Shown here piece after piece: positions 48,498 to 58,823 of a stretch of DNA of 64,000 bases. Below the pieces are notes generated by a model, which saw nothing but the letters and a program-made list of their open reading frames with translations, searched no databases and was not told the origin of the DNA. The stretch comes from Nanobdellota archaeon (GTDB taxonomy: Archaea; Nanobdellota; Nanobdellia; Woesearchaeales; GW2011-AR4): NCBI GenBank assembly GCA_038046385.1, contig JBBSWH010000011.1, forward strand, positions 56,731 through 120,730, given 5' to 3'. Every line of letters begins with the position of its first letter. Position 1 is the first letter of the stretch. The position numbers and the translations under genes were made by a program.

Positions 48498-49284
48498 AAT
48501 GCCAAAAAAACAAAGCTATTGGGAAAAGAATATTGAACTGTTAAAATCCACAATAAAAAAGATAGACAAATGGATTTTGATTTCAATAGCCTTGGACATT
48601 GCTTTCTATATAATTGTCATTTATTCATTTATGTTCTGGAACAGCTCAGTCCAGGCAAAGCAATTTTCAATAATGTCAAAATACCCGCCTGACCCGATGA
48701 TGATGTCTGCATCTCAATTGCAAAGCATAAATACAGAAGCAAAATCTTTCCTTATATTGCTTTATTCATCAATCGTACTGCTTGCATTATTCATTATTTT
48801 CATTGCAAGCATTGTAAAGGGAATCATCTGGGCAAAAACAACATCCACAAAGATAAACCTCCACTTAATCTCAAGGTTTTTAGGATTAAACTTGATTTGG
48901 ATGGGATTGTGGGCTGCAATAATCATTTTAATCGTATTTGGGATAGATAACTCTTCTTTAGTTGCATTTGCATCATTATCAATTGTTATAGCGCTTTATT
49001 TTACCAATATAGTCTACTCACTGTTCATGAAAAGCAATAAACTATCTTCAATAGCTGAAGGATTAAAATTAGGTGTTTCAAAGATAAGTTACTTTGCAAT
49101 TCCAAACGCAGCATTATTCTTGGTTGTTTACCTGCTAATAAACTCAGGAAGCCTTTTTAATGCAATACAGAAAAATGCCGGCTACATAAACCTTGCAATA
49201 CTGGTGCTGCTTATAGCATTCATGGCCTTTGCAAGATACTACACTTCGACATTAGTTTATCAGGTTCAGAAAATAAAATCATAA
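48484..49284 (+). CDS. polytopic membrane protein (266 aa, ~6 TM); topological paralog of 58011-58823
   Basis: hydrophobicity pattern; last gene of module 1. Confidence 0.6.
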   Translation: MMTGKMPKKQSYWEKNIELLKSTIKKIDKWILISIALDIAFYIIVIYSFMFWNSSVQAKQFSIMSKYPPDPMMMSASQLQSINTEAKSFLILLYSSIVLLALFIIFIASIVKGIIWAKTTSTKINLHLISRFLGLNLIWMGLWAAIIILIVFGIDNSSLVAFASLSIVIALYFTNIVYSLFMKSNKLSSIAEGLKLGVSKISYFAIPNAALFLVVYLLINSGSLFNAIQKNAGYINLAILVLLIAFMAFARYYTSTLVYQVQKIKS

Positions 49285-49299
49285 ACTTTGTATTTAAGT

Positions 49300-49430
49300 G
49301 CCATCGAAGATGGTACATTTTTTGTTCAAACTTTTTCGCAAAAAGTTTGTCGGTGCAAATTGGACAAAGTCCAATTGCACACTTGAGCTCTGCTCAAGTT
49401 GTGTCAACGGACGAAACCGTTGAAACCGAA
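49300..49430. other. cluster of five consecutive GC-containing hairpins downstream of module 1 (terminator complex or small structured RNA); the last hairpins are homologous to 26166-26215
   Basis: 'ccatcGAAgatgg', 'aaactttttCGCaaaaagttt', 'ttggaCAAAGtccaa', 'cttgagcTCTGctcaag', 'caacggACGAAAccgttg'. Confidence 0.5.
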
Positions 49431-49439
49431 AACTTTATA

Positions 49440-49645
49440 AATTCTATATATAATTTATATATGAATATACACTTTTCCACTATGAAAGGCATATAAAATA
49501 GATATATAACATATATATTTCATATGTAAAAAATATGTAAAGTTTACATATTTTTTATCATGATCAAAAATCATGAATAACATTTGCGATAAGCAACAAA
49601 TCATCCCCATATGAAGGATGATTTTTGACATATAAAAAACCTTCA
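49440..49645. promoter_or_regulatory. AT-rich palindrome-laden control region upstream of module 2
   Basis: 'atatgtaaagtttacatat' perfect palindrome; repeated 'atcatga'; 'tatatataatttatatat'. Confidence 0.4.
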
Positions 49646-49649
49646 AAAA

Positions 49650-49808
49650 ATGAAGTACACCAAGAAGCTGATAAAGACAGGCGGAGGGATTGTTGTAAGA
49701 ATCCCCTCTGATATCGTCAAAGTTCTAAACCTTACAGAAAAAGATTATGTTGAAATTGATATCACAAAGATAGATTTGAAGGTGCTGAATAAAAAATCAG
49801 CAAAGTAG
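49650..49808 (+). CDS. small AbrB/SpoVT-like (swapped-hairpin) DNA-binding protein, 52 aa, heading giant-protein module 2
   Basis: 'MKYTKKLIKTGGGIVVRIPSDIVKVLNLTEKDYVEIDITK'; not in the ORF track (<60 aa). Confidence 0.55.
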   Translation: MKYTKKLIKTGGGIVVRIPSDIVKVLNLTEKDYVEIDITKIDLKVLNKKSAK

Positions 49809-49820
49809 CGTAGCATTAAA

Positions 49821-51728
49821 ATGAAAAAAAGAGGAGTAGGCTTTGGAAGAAGAGCGCAAGCTGCGATATTTATCATAATGTCATTAGTGATAATCATATC
49901 GGGGCTCGTGTATTTTATTTATCAGGATAAAATTTCAGGAAAAGAAATAGAAGTTGTTCAGCCTGAAGCGCAGCCGGTGAAATCATTTGTGGAGAATTGC
50001 ATGCAGAAAACAGCAGAAGAAGGATTAAGCACGATAGGATTAACAGGCGGCTATGCATATATTCCTGAAAACATAGCCAATGATCCGCGAGCTTATCTTG
50101 CAGCAGGCAATTTTTTCAAAACTCCGTATTGGTGGCACGACGGAATAAATGCAATGCCATCGGAAAGCTTCATCAATAATCAATTAAAGGCATACATTAA
50201 AACAGAGCTTAACAGCTGCATAGAAAATTTTACTGCATTCGGAAGCCAGTTTGAAATAACTCCATTAAAAGACCCTGTAGTGGATATTTCATTCAACGAA
50301 AATGATGTCTCTGTAAGCTTAAAATATCCTGTTGAAGTTGTAAGCAAAGGCGGAAATTTCAAAGCACTATTGGAAAAATTTTCCTACACGGCTCCGATAA
50401 GATTCAAAAAAATATACGAGCTTGCAAGAACAATAATGGAACGTGAAAACGCAGATAGTTTTTTTGAGCAAAGGGCAATAGACCTTTATTCGATGGACTC
50501 TGAGATACCGACAACAGACATGCAGGCTTCTTGCGGCGGAAAAACGTGGAAGATTAGCGACGTAAAATCAAAGATGTCGGCTCTTTTAACTGCCAATATG
50601 CCTTATGTAAGGGTAGAGGGAACAGATTACAATCCGAATATGTATGTTCCAACACCAAGCGGAAATGGAAAATATTCAGATACTTACTTTCAGAAGCATT
50701 ATGTGTGGAACATTGATAATGATGCAAATAAAAAATACAGCAACATGAAAGTCTCTTTTGCATACGACGGATGGCAGATGCAGATTTATGCAAGGCCATC
50801 TGAAAATGGGATTTTAAAATCAAATTCAGAAAAGGGAAGCAGGATGCTGTCGTTCTTCTGCCTTAACGTGTGGCATTTTACTTATGATATGTCTTATCCG
50901 ATGCTTGCAACAATAATAGACAAGGAAACATCAACTAACAAGCAATACCAATTTAATTTTGGGTTTAAGGTTGCGATTGACCATAATCAGCCAAACAGAT
51001 TGAACAAAGGAACTACTTTGTTTGACAGCATAGAAACAGTGTCAAATGAGGATTATTGCAATGATGTGCAGAACGAAATTACAATATTCACAATAAACAA
51101 TGGAACAAGCGAGGACATAAAGGATGTTGACATGAAATTTGTGTGCGGAAGGTACTCATGCGACATGGGAAAGAGCGACTGGCTAAGCTTGGGAGCAGCG
51201 GCAGGAATAACAAAAAAATTCCCATACTGCGTAAATGGAGTAATCAAGGGAACAGCATCTGGATTTATTGATGCGCAATCATTCATGCAGACAGACATTG
51301 ATGGAAGATCTTATGTATTGCCAATGAACCCTTTAAAAGAAGTGGATTACAGCATAGTAAAACACCCTTATGCCAATCCTGAATCAGAAGAAGCTCTTGG
51401 AGCAGATGAAAAAATTTCAATAATATTAACGGCAAAGGATACGGGCTATGAAACATTTGCAATCTATCCAAAAGAAGCAGACTCCCCTTTAAAGCTGCCG
51501 TCAAGCAAGGATATGTCATATGATGTTTCAATTTATGTTGCAGACGGCGAGAACATCAAAGGAGGATACATCGGGCAGTGGGACGTGAACAGAGATGAAT
51601 TAGAAAATGCAAATGAAGCGGTATTCCACATAATAGATTACGATACATCTTCAGAAGATGAAATGTTCCTTTTCGTGTCAGGCCTCGAATCTTATTCAAA
51701 AAATATACCTGCACCGGAATTAAGATGA
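49821..51728 (+). CDS. membrane-anchored extracellular protein (635 aa), paralog of 40285-42453
   Basis: 'RAQAAIFIIMSLVIIISGLVYF'; 'VKSFVENCMQKTAEEGLSTIGLTGGYAYIPEN'. Confidence 0.7.
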   Translation: MKKRGVGFGRRAQAAIFIIMSLVIIISGLVYFIYQDKISGKEIEVVQPEAQPVKSFVENCMQKTAEEGLSTIGLTGGYAYIPENIANDPRAYLAAGNFFKTPYWWHDGINAMPSESFINNQLKAYIKTELNSCIENFTAFGSQFEITPLKDPVVDISFNENDVSVSLKYPVEVVSKGGNFKALLEKFSYTAPIRFKKIYELARTIMERENADSFFEQRAIDLYSMDSEIPTTDMQASCGGKTWKISDVKSKMSALLTANMPYVRVEGTDYNPNMYVPTPSGNGKYSDTYFQKHYVWNIDNDANKKYSNMKVSFAYDGWQMQIYARPSENGILKSNSEKGSRMLSFFCLNVWHFTYDMSYPMLATIIDKETSTNKQYQFNFGFKVAIDHNQPNRLNKGTTLFDSIETVSNEDYCNDVQNEITIFTINNGTSEDIKDVDMKFVCGRYSCDMGKSDWLSLGAAAGITKKFPYCVNGVIKGTASGFIDAQSFMQTDIDGRSYVLPMNPLKEVDYSIVKHPYANPESEEALGADEKISIILTAKDTGYETFAIYPKEADSPLKLPSSKDMSYDVSIYVADGENIKGGYIGQWDVNRDELENANEAVFHIIDYDTSSEDEMFLFVSGLESYSKNIPAPELR

Positions 51729-54700
51729 AAAAACAGATTAAATCAAGATTGATGGACTTTTCATTAGTTTTAATGCTGCAAATCATACTGACTCTCCCAT
51801 TTTACAGTGCAACTGCTTATGGATTATCAATAACCGACATCAAAATAACGCAGGTTACTGCAAGCTCTGCAACAATAAAATGGAATACTGATGCTGCTTC
51901 AAGCGGCAAGGTGAAATATGGCAGCACATCTGCACTGGGATACACGCAAAGGCACGACAACTTTCTGCAGACACATACCCTTACTCTGACAAACGGATTA
52001 AACAGCGAGACAAAATATTATTTTATAGTTGAAGCAACTGATGCAAACAGCGTTACAATTGTAAGCAACAACTCAGACAATTTTTACACTTTTATTACGT
52101 TAGATATAACTCCGCCGCAGCAGGTTTCTCCGTTGACACTCATTTCAGCAGGAACAGATTATATTGCAGTTTCATGGTCTCCGGTTTCTGCTCCTGACTT
52201 CAACCATTATGCCGTTTATGTCAATAGAAAATGGGTTGCAAACACAACCTCGACAAAATTTAATGCAACCGGCCTTGCATCGGCAACATCATTTAACCTA
52301 AAAGTTGCCGCTGTTGACAACAGCAACAACGAAGGAGCGCAGTCCGATTCATTGATAGCATCTACAATTGTGCAGGATTCAGAAGTTCCAATTATAACTA
52401 ATGCCAACACAATACCTATAACAGACACTTCATCAAAAGTAGTGTGGGAAACAAGCGAAGACTCATCTTCAACAGTATTCTATGGAATAAACAAAACCAA
52501 TCTTGTAAAAACAGCAACCGGCTTGTCAAAAAACCATTCTGTAACGCTTGATGCTCTTGTTAAAAATACAAAATACTCTTTTGCTGCAAATTCATGCGAC
52601 TCGGCAAACAACTGTATAAACTCTTCAGGAGAATTCATTGCAGGCAAGGATGACACTCCTCCTTTTATCAATCTAACAATTCCAAGATATTACAACAGGG
52701 AAGTAATTGACCTTGCAGGTTCAACAGAGCCGTATTCAACTTTGAAAGTGTTTGTCAACAACATGAATGCCCCTTTCAAGTCATTCACCAGCGACGAGCT
52801 TGCTTCCGGAAGATTTTCAATAACCCAAATAAGATTAGAGAAAGACAACCAGATAAAAATAGAAGTTATTGATAAAGCAAACAATCCAAACGAAAAGACA
52901 TTCGAGATTACTGTAGATACAATCAAGCCAATAATAACCTTAAACAAGCTTCCGAACATAACGACAAACTCCACAATAAAAATAAGCGGCACAGTAAACG
53001 AGCCGGTTATAGTGAAGGTTTTCCTTGACGCGAATGTCAATTATTCAAAAGTTCCTGCAAAAATAACGGGATTGAACACAACTTACATAGGCAAAAATTC
53101 TGTTGAGATGGAATGGAAAGAATCTACTGACAAAGATTTCAGCCATTATGCTGTTTACCGCGATAATGTCCCGATAGCAATAATAAAACCAGCTAACTTT
53201 AATTTGTTTGTTGATGCTCTTGCCGATACAGGAAAAAAATACACTTACAGGGTTTCTGCTGTCAACACATTCGGAAAAGAAGGCGCAAAATCGGATGCGT
53301 TAACTGTAACGGCTTTAACTGGAGGAAGTGTTCTTGGATTAAACTATCCTGCAATAGATCCTCTTGAAGATTTCAGAAAGCCGTCCATGGAAGTGAATGC
53401 TACAAATTCATTTAGTTTCCAGTTAAAACTGACTAAAGGAGATGGAGATTACAAAATAAAGCTTATTTTTGAGGATATTGCAGGAAATGATGTTGTTTTT
53501 GAAAGAACAGCAGAGCTGGATACTAAAAACCCGACAGTGAAGATAGTTTCTCCGCAAAACGGCGCTTTTGTCTATGAGAATGTTGCCGGCGGAATTGATA
53601 TTGTTGGAAAAACCGAGCCAAATACAAAAGTTTACGTGTACATCAACAGGGCTCCTTTAAGCGCCTATGACTTTTCTACCCAGGTAAGCGGAATGCCAAA
53701 TGAGGCAATTTCTTCTTCAGAAACCCTGCTTGACGCAGACATAAAATTGGTTACAAACAACCTGCAAAATTTATCAGAAGCATCTCTCGATTCAAAATGC
53801 AAGACAGGAAGCTGCACAGGGGCAGATTATGCTGTTAATTCTGATTCTGCAGGAAACTTCAAAATAGAAAATGTTGATCTTGCTTCATTGTTTAGCATTG
53901 GCGGAAGAATAAGCCAAGTTTCTCCGTCGCAGATAAGAGATGTACAATTAAACCAAGAAGCTAAAGATTCAAGGACGACCAGCATAATTGCAATTGCAAC
54001 AGACAAAGCGGGAAAAAGGGGAATTGATGTCAGCAAGGTAAAGATAGGAAACTGCTGGTCAGGAAATCAAAGTTGGGATGTGATTCCTTTGACGCAATAC
54101 CAAAGCCCAACATTCCTAAGCACAGAAAGGATGAGAGAAGGAACAGAAACGCTATACTTTTTGTTTAATTATTCTTATATCGGAAGAGGAGAAAATGCTC
54201 ACATCAAAACAGTTTCAATGTCAAAAGCGTGCGGAACAGCAGATATAATCGATCCAAGGTTTAATTTAAGCTGCAAGGTAATGCCATCCGGAAATGTTCC
54301 TTTTCTCCTTAACAAACCAGAAAATGATGTTTCATATTCTGCAATGCTCTTAAGCAGGTTCAGCCAGACTGATAAATTTGTAGATAACGACTGGAAAAGT
54401 TTCTTGGGATTAAACGGGGAAATGACTTTCCCGTTCAAATTAAGAATAACTTATGAGCACGAGATACTAAAAGATGACGGAACAACTCAAAAAGTAACAG
54501 AAACGCAGACAACATGCGAACAAGTAGGATACATCTTGGACAAAAACCTAATAGACCCAAGAAAAGTTCTTCCGGATTTCCTGCTTAATGATTTTGCAGA
54601 CTTTTTGCAGGACTCGACAAAAACACTTACAGACGTCCAAAACCAGATTGACAAAGTTGTTGATTACGTTGCAATAGGGTGTATCTCCTCATTTTTTGGG

Positions 54701-57700
54701 AACTTTGTTGCAAAGGCTTACAGAATGTGGGCAGAATTTAAAGATGAAAAGATGCCAACTGTTTCTGATGGATGTCCTGAGGCTATTGCCAGCGCAATAA
54801 AAACTAAAGGATTTAAAATAAACTCTCTAAGAGACGCTGATTTGAAAACGTGCCTTCCAGGCACAGCAAGCGCGTGGGCAACAGAATCAAAAATGTACCA
54901 GCTTCAGAGATGGAGCTGCGACAGAATCTTCGGGCATTCAGCTCCTTCGAAATGGACAGTAGACAAGAGTGATGTGGAACTAACTTCTAAAATAGATACT
55001 AAACAAACATGTTCTTCTGACGGAGATACAAAGGGAAGGCAGATTTATGCAGAGGATTGCAGGAAACTCATTCAAACAGTTTTCAAAGGGTTAAATAACA
55101 ACATAGGCGCTTACCAGCCTGGAGACAAATGCTTTGATATTCACGAAGGCAACTCAAAGTCAATGTACAAGCTTGGAAATCAAATTGAAAACAATGTTTA
55201 TGAGCTCCAATATGTCCCGGGTTCAGGCTCTCAAATAGAGCTCAGTTATGCAATCAAGCAAAGCAACAGCAACTTTATGACAGCACAGTCAGGAACATGC
55301 GATGATGTTTGTGGCATAAATAAAGAAGATAAACAGGCTGGCAAGATGACTTTTGGAGATAATACATTTACGTTGCACAAAGGGGCTTTTAATTCAAAAG
55401 ATTCGGAAGAAATAGGCAGGAGTGGAAGCGGTTGCGTTACAGTAAATGAATGCAGACAACTAATAGCGACAGCGGCAAAAGATAAGTCATTGACAATTCC
55501 AGGTGTAGGTTTAATAGAAAATCCAAATGTGTATCGGGGAGGATATTCAAAAAATTGCTTCTATAATGATAAAGATTCTTCAACAGTTAATCCAACGAAT
55601 GCAAACACAAGACAGGAATGCTGCTGCGTAAAAGGAAAAGGCTCTGATTCAAAACCTAATCCATATTATGGGCCATCCGATGTCGAATCCAAATCAAGCC
55701 CGGGAAGCCAAGCAACAGCTATTGATGACATGAAATGGAGCTACAGGTATTCAAGAATAAACTATAATGATAAAAAGTATAATCCTAACAGGTATATTGA
55801 AGGGCGTGATTTGCCTGCGTGCTTCGGGCAAGATAGTTTCTTGCATACTGCATTGAATAGAAAAGAAGAAGTTCTTGTCCTAGATCCATTTAAGCAGCAC
55901 ACAGCAGCAATGCAGTGCTTGTTTTTAACCGGAATAAATCAAAGGCTGCAGATGTTTAAGAACGTGATGACTTCAATGTCAAACTGCCTTGTTGAAGTCA
56001 GGGAAAGCGGAAGAGCCGATACTGGAGTGTGCAAAGAGCTTTTCACGCAGCATGTCTGCGACGTAGTATGGCAAGGAGTTAATTTCTTTGTCAATCCTGG
56101 CTGCGGCACAGAAGAAACCGGAAATGGAATGAGTATAAGAGAAGATGAAGTTACTGATAATTTAAGATTAGGATTCAAGAGTATTGCAAGCGGAATATCA
56201 AAAACTCAGCAGGAAATAATGCAAGAGTATCCTACTACTCAGATTGGAACACTGCTCGGCACAGGCGGAGAAAGTGTCTCAAGAAAAATATGCCTTGGCG
56301 CATTTGGCTATGACTGGGCATTGAACACAAGAAATCTGATTGATATAGCATATTCTGCGCCGTTTGCAACATTAGTACAGCCAGTTACAAAATCAAGAGA
56401 GTTCTTAACAGTTGATCCCTTGACATTAAAGCCAAAATACGAATACAGCGCATCATGGTTCATTAACCCAGGATGCGATTTAGAAAACTACAATGTGCAA
56501 TTGGCATGCATTTCAAGAAAGGAACTGGACGAATATCCAAACTCGATAAAATGTTCTTCTGTTGGTGCTGGTTCAATTTTGGATGTTGTGCCTGCAGGAA
56601 CAAGCGAAGGTTACAGCAGCTGCGACTGTTTGGAATTGCCGCAGGAAGTTACGCAACAATTTATTTCAGAGCCAAAGCTCAAGCAGAATGCACCGATTGA
56701 CAGAAGCTACCGCAAAGTTGTTGACTCAAACTACAGATACGATCATTTGAAGTTCACATTAAAAACAGACAGGAAAATACCAGCAAACATCCAGTCAAGC
56801 TGCTTCCCAACAGGATATGAAAAAGGAGTTTTCTATTCGCCTATACTTGACAAGACAGCAAGGGATATTACAGATTGCACAATACAGCCAACAAGCGGCG
56901 TAATGTCATGCGGCGGCGGAAATGCATTCTTCAGCAGGAAAGGAACTGTGCAACTAATAGGAGTAACTTTAAATGATGTTGATGCTGAAAAAGCCCCTGG
57001 AAGAACTGTTGAAGCAAGAGTTGGAGAAACATTGACCGTTTCTGCAAAAGTAACAAAAACAGGATTGGGTAAATGCATGAAAGTTTCATTATCCCCTGAC
57101 CCAATAGAGCCGCAGTATGTTCCAATAGATGTAGACGGAACATCTGATGTGTCTGTTCACTTTGATGGATTGTCAATATATGGCACAGCAGGAAACACTG
57201 TTGCAAGGTTCATAAAAATAGGCTCATTGATACAAAGCAATGACCACATAGTATCAATTAAGATTAACATAACAGATAATAATGAAACAATCAACGGAAG
57301 GCCAAATCCGGGAATTGGAACATACACTTCTGATGATTATGTTACAATTGACGATGCAAAAGTCAGCCTGATAGACGGAAGCGTCCAGAACAATAACAAC
57401 GAGAATCTGAAAATAACAGTAAATGGAAATTCAATAAATGTAGAAAAAGACGGCGCTTCTTTTGCAATAACAGGAGTCAATTGGCAAAGAAATGTGGACA
57501 AAAGATTTGAAGCAGTTGAGACAATAATAATAAACCCGCAGCAGCAGGGAAGCACAACATCGCAGAAAAAAACAGTGAAGATTGAGATTTTCAACATGAA
57601 AGAAGGAGTTGAATCTTACAACGATGTTACTGACTGCAGTATAAATGATGTAGCTCTTCCTGCAAAGAGTTATTATGTGATGGTGGGCCAGAAAGGAGCG

Positions 57701-58009
57701 ACTGCAGATCAAATAACGCCAGTGCCTGCAAATCCTGTATGGAGTCCAACAAGCCCAACTGTTTGGCAAGACATGGTAATCAAAATACAGATAAGAAACT
57801 CGCAGAATGTTGAAAGAGTAGAAATAGAATTAGTCGGTGCAGACCAAGTTCCTTACAAAGAGGTTATGCAGCCGCTGGATAATGGTTGGTATGAATACAG
57901 ATTTGCTCCAACTGTTGCAGGAATATACAATAATAACATTAATGCCATAGACAAAGACGGAAAATCCCATAATAAGCAGTTCACTTTCACAGCAAGAGAG
58001 CAGAAATAA
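51725..58009 (+). CDS. giant secreted surface protein (2094 aa): signal peptide, >=4 fibronectin-III-like repeats, long Cys-rich C-terminal region; paralog of 42446-45592
   Basis: signal 'LVLMLQIILTLPFYSATAYG'; FN3-like units 'ITDIKITQVTASSATIKWNTDAASSGKVKYG', 'VSPLTLISAGTDYIAVSWSPVSAPDFNHYAVYVNRKW', 'ITGLNTTYIGKNSVEMEWKESTDKDFSHYAVYRDN'; dozens of Cys. Confidence 0.75.
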   Translation: MKKQIKSRLMDFSLVLMLQIILTLPFYSATAYGLSITDIKITQVTASSATIKWNTDAASSGKVKYGSTSALGYTQRHDNFLQTHTLTLTNGLNSETKYYFIVEATDANSVTIVSNNSDNFYTFITLDITPPQQVSPLTLISAGTDYIAVSWSPVSAPDFNHYAVYVNRKWVANTTSTKFNATGLASATSFNLKVAAVDNSNNEGAQSDSLIASTIVQDSEVPIITNANTIPITDTSSKVVWETSEDSSSTVFYGINKTNLVKTATGLSKNHSVTLDALVKNTKYSFAANSCDSANNCINSSGEFIAGKDDTPPFINLTIPRYYNREVIDLAGSTEPYSTLKVFVNNMNAPFKSFTSDELASGRFSITQIRLEKDNQIKIEVIDKANNPNEKTFEITVDTIKPIITLNKLPNITTNSTIKISGTVNEPVIVKVFLDANVNYSKVPAKITGLNTTYIGKNSVEMEWKESTDKDFSHYAVYRDNVPIAIIKPANFNLFVDALADTGKKYTYRVSAVNTFGKEGAKSDALTVTALTGGSVLGLNYPAIDPLEDFRKPSMEVNATNSFSFQLKLTKGDGDYKIKLIFEDIAGNDVVFERTAELDTKNPTVKIVSPQNGAFVYENVAGGIDIVGKTEPNTKVYVYINRAPLSAYDFSTQVSGMPNEAISSSETLLDADIKLVTNNLQNLSEASLDSKCKTGSCTGADYAVNSDSAGNFKIENVDLASLFSIGGRISQVSPSQIRDVQLNQEAKDSRTTSIIAIATDKAGKRGIDVSKVKIGNCWSGNQSWDVIPLTQYQSPTFLSTERMREGTETLYFLFNYSYIGRGENAHIKTVSMSKACGTADIIDPRFNLSCKVMPSGNVPFLLNKPENDVSYSAMLLSRFSQTDKFVDNDWKSFLGLNGEMTFPFKLRITYEHEILKDDGTTQKVTETQTTCEQVGYILDKNLIDPRKVLPDFLLNDFADFLQDSTKTLTDVQNQIDKVVDYVAIGCISSFFGNFVAKAYRMWAEFKDEKMPTVSDGCPEAIASAIKTKGFKINSLRDADLKTCLPGTASAWATESKMYQLQRWSCDRIFGHSAPSKWTVDKSDVELTSKIDTKQTCSSDGDTKGRQIYAEDCRKLIQTVFKGLNNNIGAYQPGDKCFDIHEGNSKSMYKLGNQIENNVYELQYVPGSGSQIELSYAIKQSNSNFMTAQSGTCDDVCGINKEDKQAGKMTFGDNTFTLHKGAFNSKDSEEIGRSGSGCVTVNECRQLIATAAKDKSLTIPGVGLIENPNVYRGGYSKNCFYNDKDSSTVNPTNANTRQECCCVKGKGSDSKPNPYYGPSDVESKSSPGSQATAIDDMKWSYRYSRINYNDKKYNPNRYIEGRDLPACFGQDSFLHTALNRKEEVLVLDPFKQHTAAMQCLFLTGINQRLQMFKNVMTSMSNCLVEVRESGRADTGVCKELFTQHVCDVVWQGVNFFVNPGCGTEETGNGMSIREDEVTDNLRLGFKSIASGISKTQQEIMQEYPTTQIGTLLGTGGESVSRKICLGAFGYDWALNTRNLIDIAYSAPFATLVQPVTKSREFLTVDPLTLKPKYEYSASWFINPGCDLENYNVQLACISRKELDEYPNSIKCSSVGAGSILDVVPAGTSEGYSSCDCLELPQEVTQQFISEPKLKQNAPIDRSYRKVVDSNYRYDHLKFTLKTDRKIPANIQSSCFPTGYEKGVFYSPILDKTARDITDCTIQPTSGVMSCGGGNAFFSRKGTVQLIGVTLNDVDAEKAPGRTVEARVGETLTVSAKVTKTGLGKCMKVSLSPDPIEPQYVPIDVDGTSDVSVHFDGLSIYGTAGNTVARFIKIGSLIQSNDHIVSIKINITDNNETINGRPNPGIGTYTSDDYVTIDDAKVSLIDGSVQNNNNENLKITVNGNSINVEKDGASFAITGVNWQRNVDKRFEAVETIIINPQQQGSTTSQKKTVKIEIFNMKEGVESYNDVTDCSINDVALPAKSYYVMVGQKGATADQITPVPANPVWSPTSPTVWQDMVIKIQIRNSQNVERVEIELVGADQVPYKEVMQPLDNGWYEYRFAPTVAGIYNNNINAIDKDGKSHNKQFTFTAREQK

Positions 58010-58010
58010 A

Positions 58011-58823
58011 ATGCCAAGCATTATTTTTTCTTCACTGAAAGAATCATTCTCTGCTTTTTTTAAATATAAAAAAATAGTTTTAATTTTGTTTGTCCTGCAG
58101 ATAATTTTGCTCGTTTCCCTTTCTTATGTGAACATGGCTTATGGAACAAAAATAATTGAAAATCAACAAGAAATATTTGACTACCTGAGCAAACTGGAAC
58201 TTGACGAGTCAAAGATTGCAGACAACATACTGCAGCAAAAAAATCTTCTTGGAGATGATCCTTTATCAATTTCGAGGAATTTCAACGATATGAAATATAA
58301 TCTTAGAATTTACATGGCCTGGTTTTTCTTTTTGCTTCTAATTTTTATGTCTTATTGCTGGACTCTGTCGCATAAGACAGCAAATCCAAAGCAAAAATCA
58401 TTTTCAAAAATATTTTTTATAACATTTTCATATCTGGCGATAATGCTCCTGCTGTTTTTGTGGATATTCAGCATTTCGCTTTCCGAAATAACGTCTGAAA
58501 GCACACAATTCTTTTCAAAGTATATCTTGTTGTTTGCATTCATTCTCGTGCTTGCATATTTTATGTTTATTTCACTGGCTTTGGCAGGCAAGACAGAATT
58601 AAAACATATTTTGGAGAAAACTCTTGTTGTCGGAATCAGAAAAGCGCATTACATCATTGCAGCTTATTCCATTAATATTCTATTTTTTGTTTTATTCGGA
58701 TTTTTATTGCTGTATTCGATTGAGAAAAGTTTTATTGTGGTGTTTTTTTCAATATTTTTAATAATAATAAATTTTATTTTCTCAAGAATTTTTATAATAA
58801 ATATGATTAGAAGACTGGATTAA
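58011..58823 (+). CDS. polytopic membrane protein (270 aa), last gene of module 2
   Basis: multiple hydrophobic helices; starts 1 nt after the giant gene's stop. Confidence 0.6.
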   Translation: MPSIIFSSLKESFSAFFKYKKIVLILFVLQIILLVSLSYVNMAYGTKIIENQQEIFDYLSKLELDESKIADNILQQKNLLGDDPLSISRNFNDMKYNLRIYMAWFFFLLLIFMSYCWTLSHKTANPKQKSFSKIFFITFSYLAIMLLLFLWIFSISLSEITSESTQFFSKYILLFAFILVLAYFMFISLALAGKTELKHILEKTLVVGIRKAHYIIAAYSINILFFVLFGFLLLYSIEKSFIVVFFSIFLIIINFIFSRIFIINMIRRLD

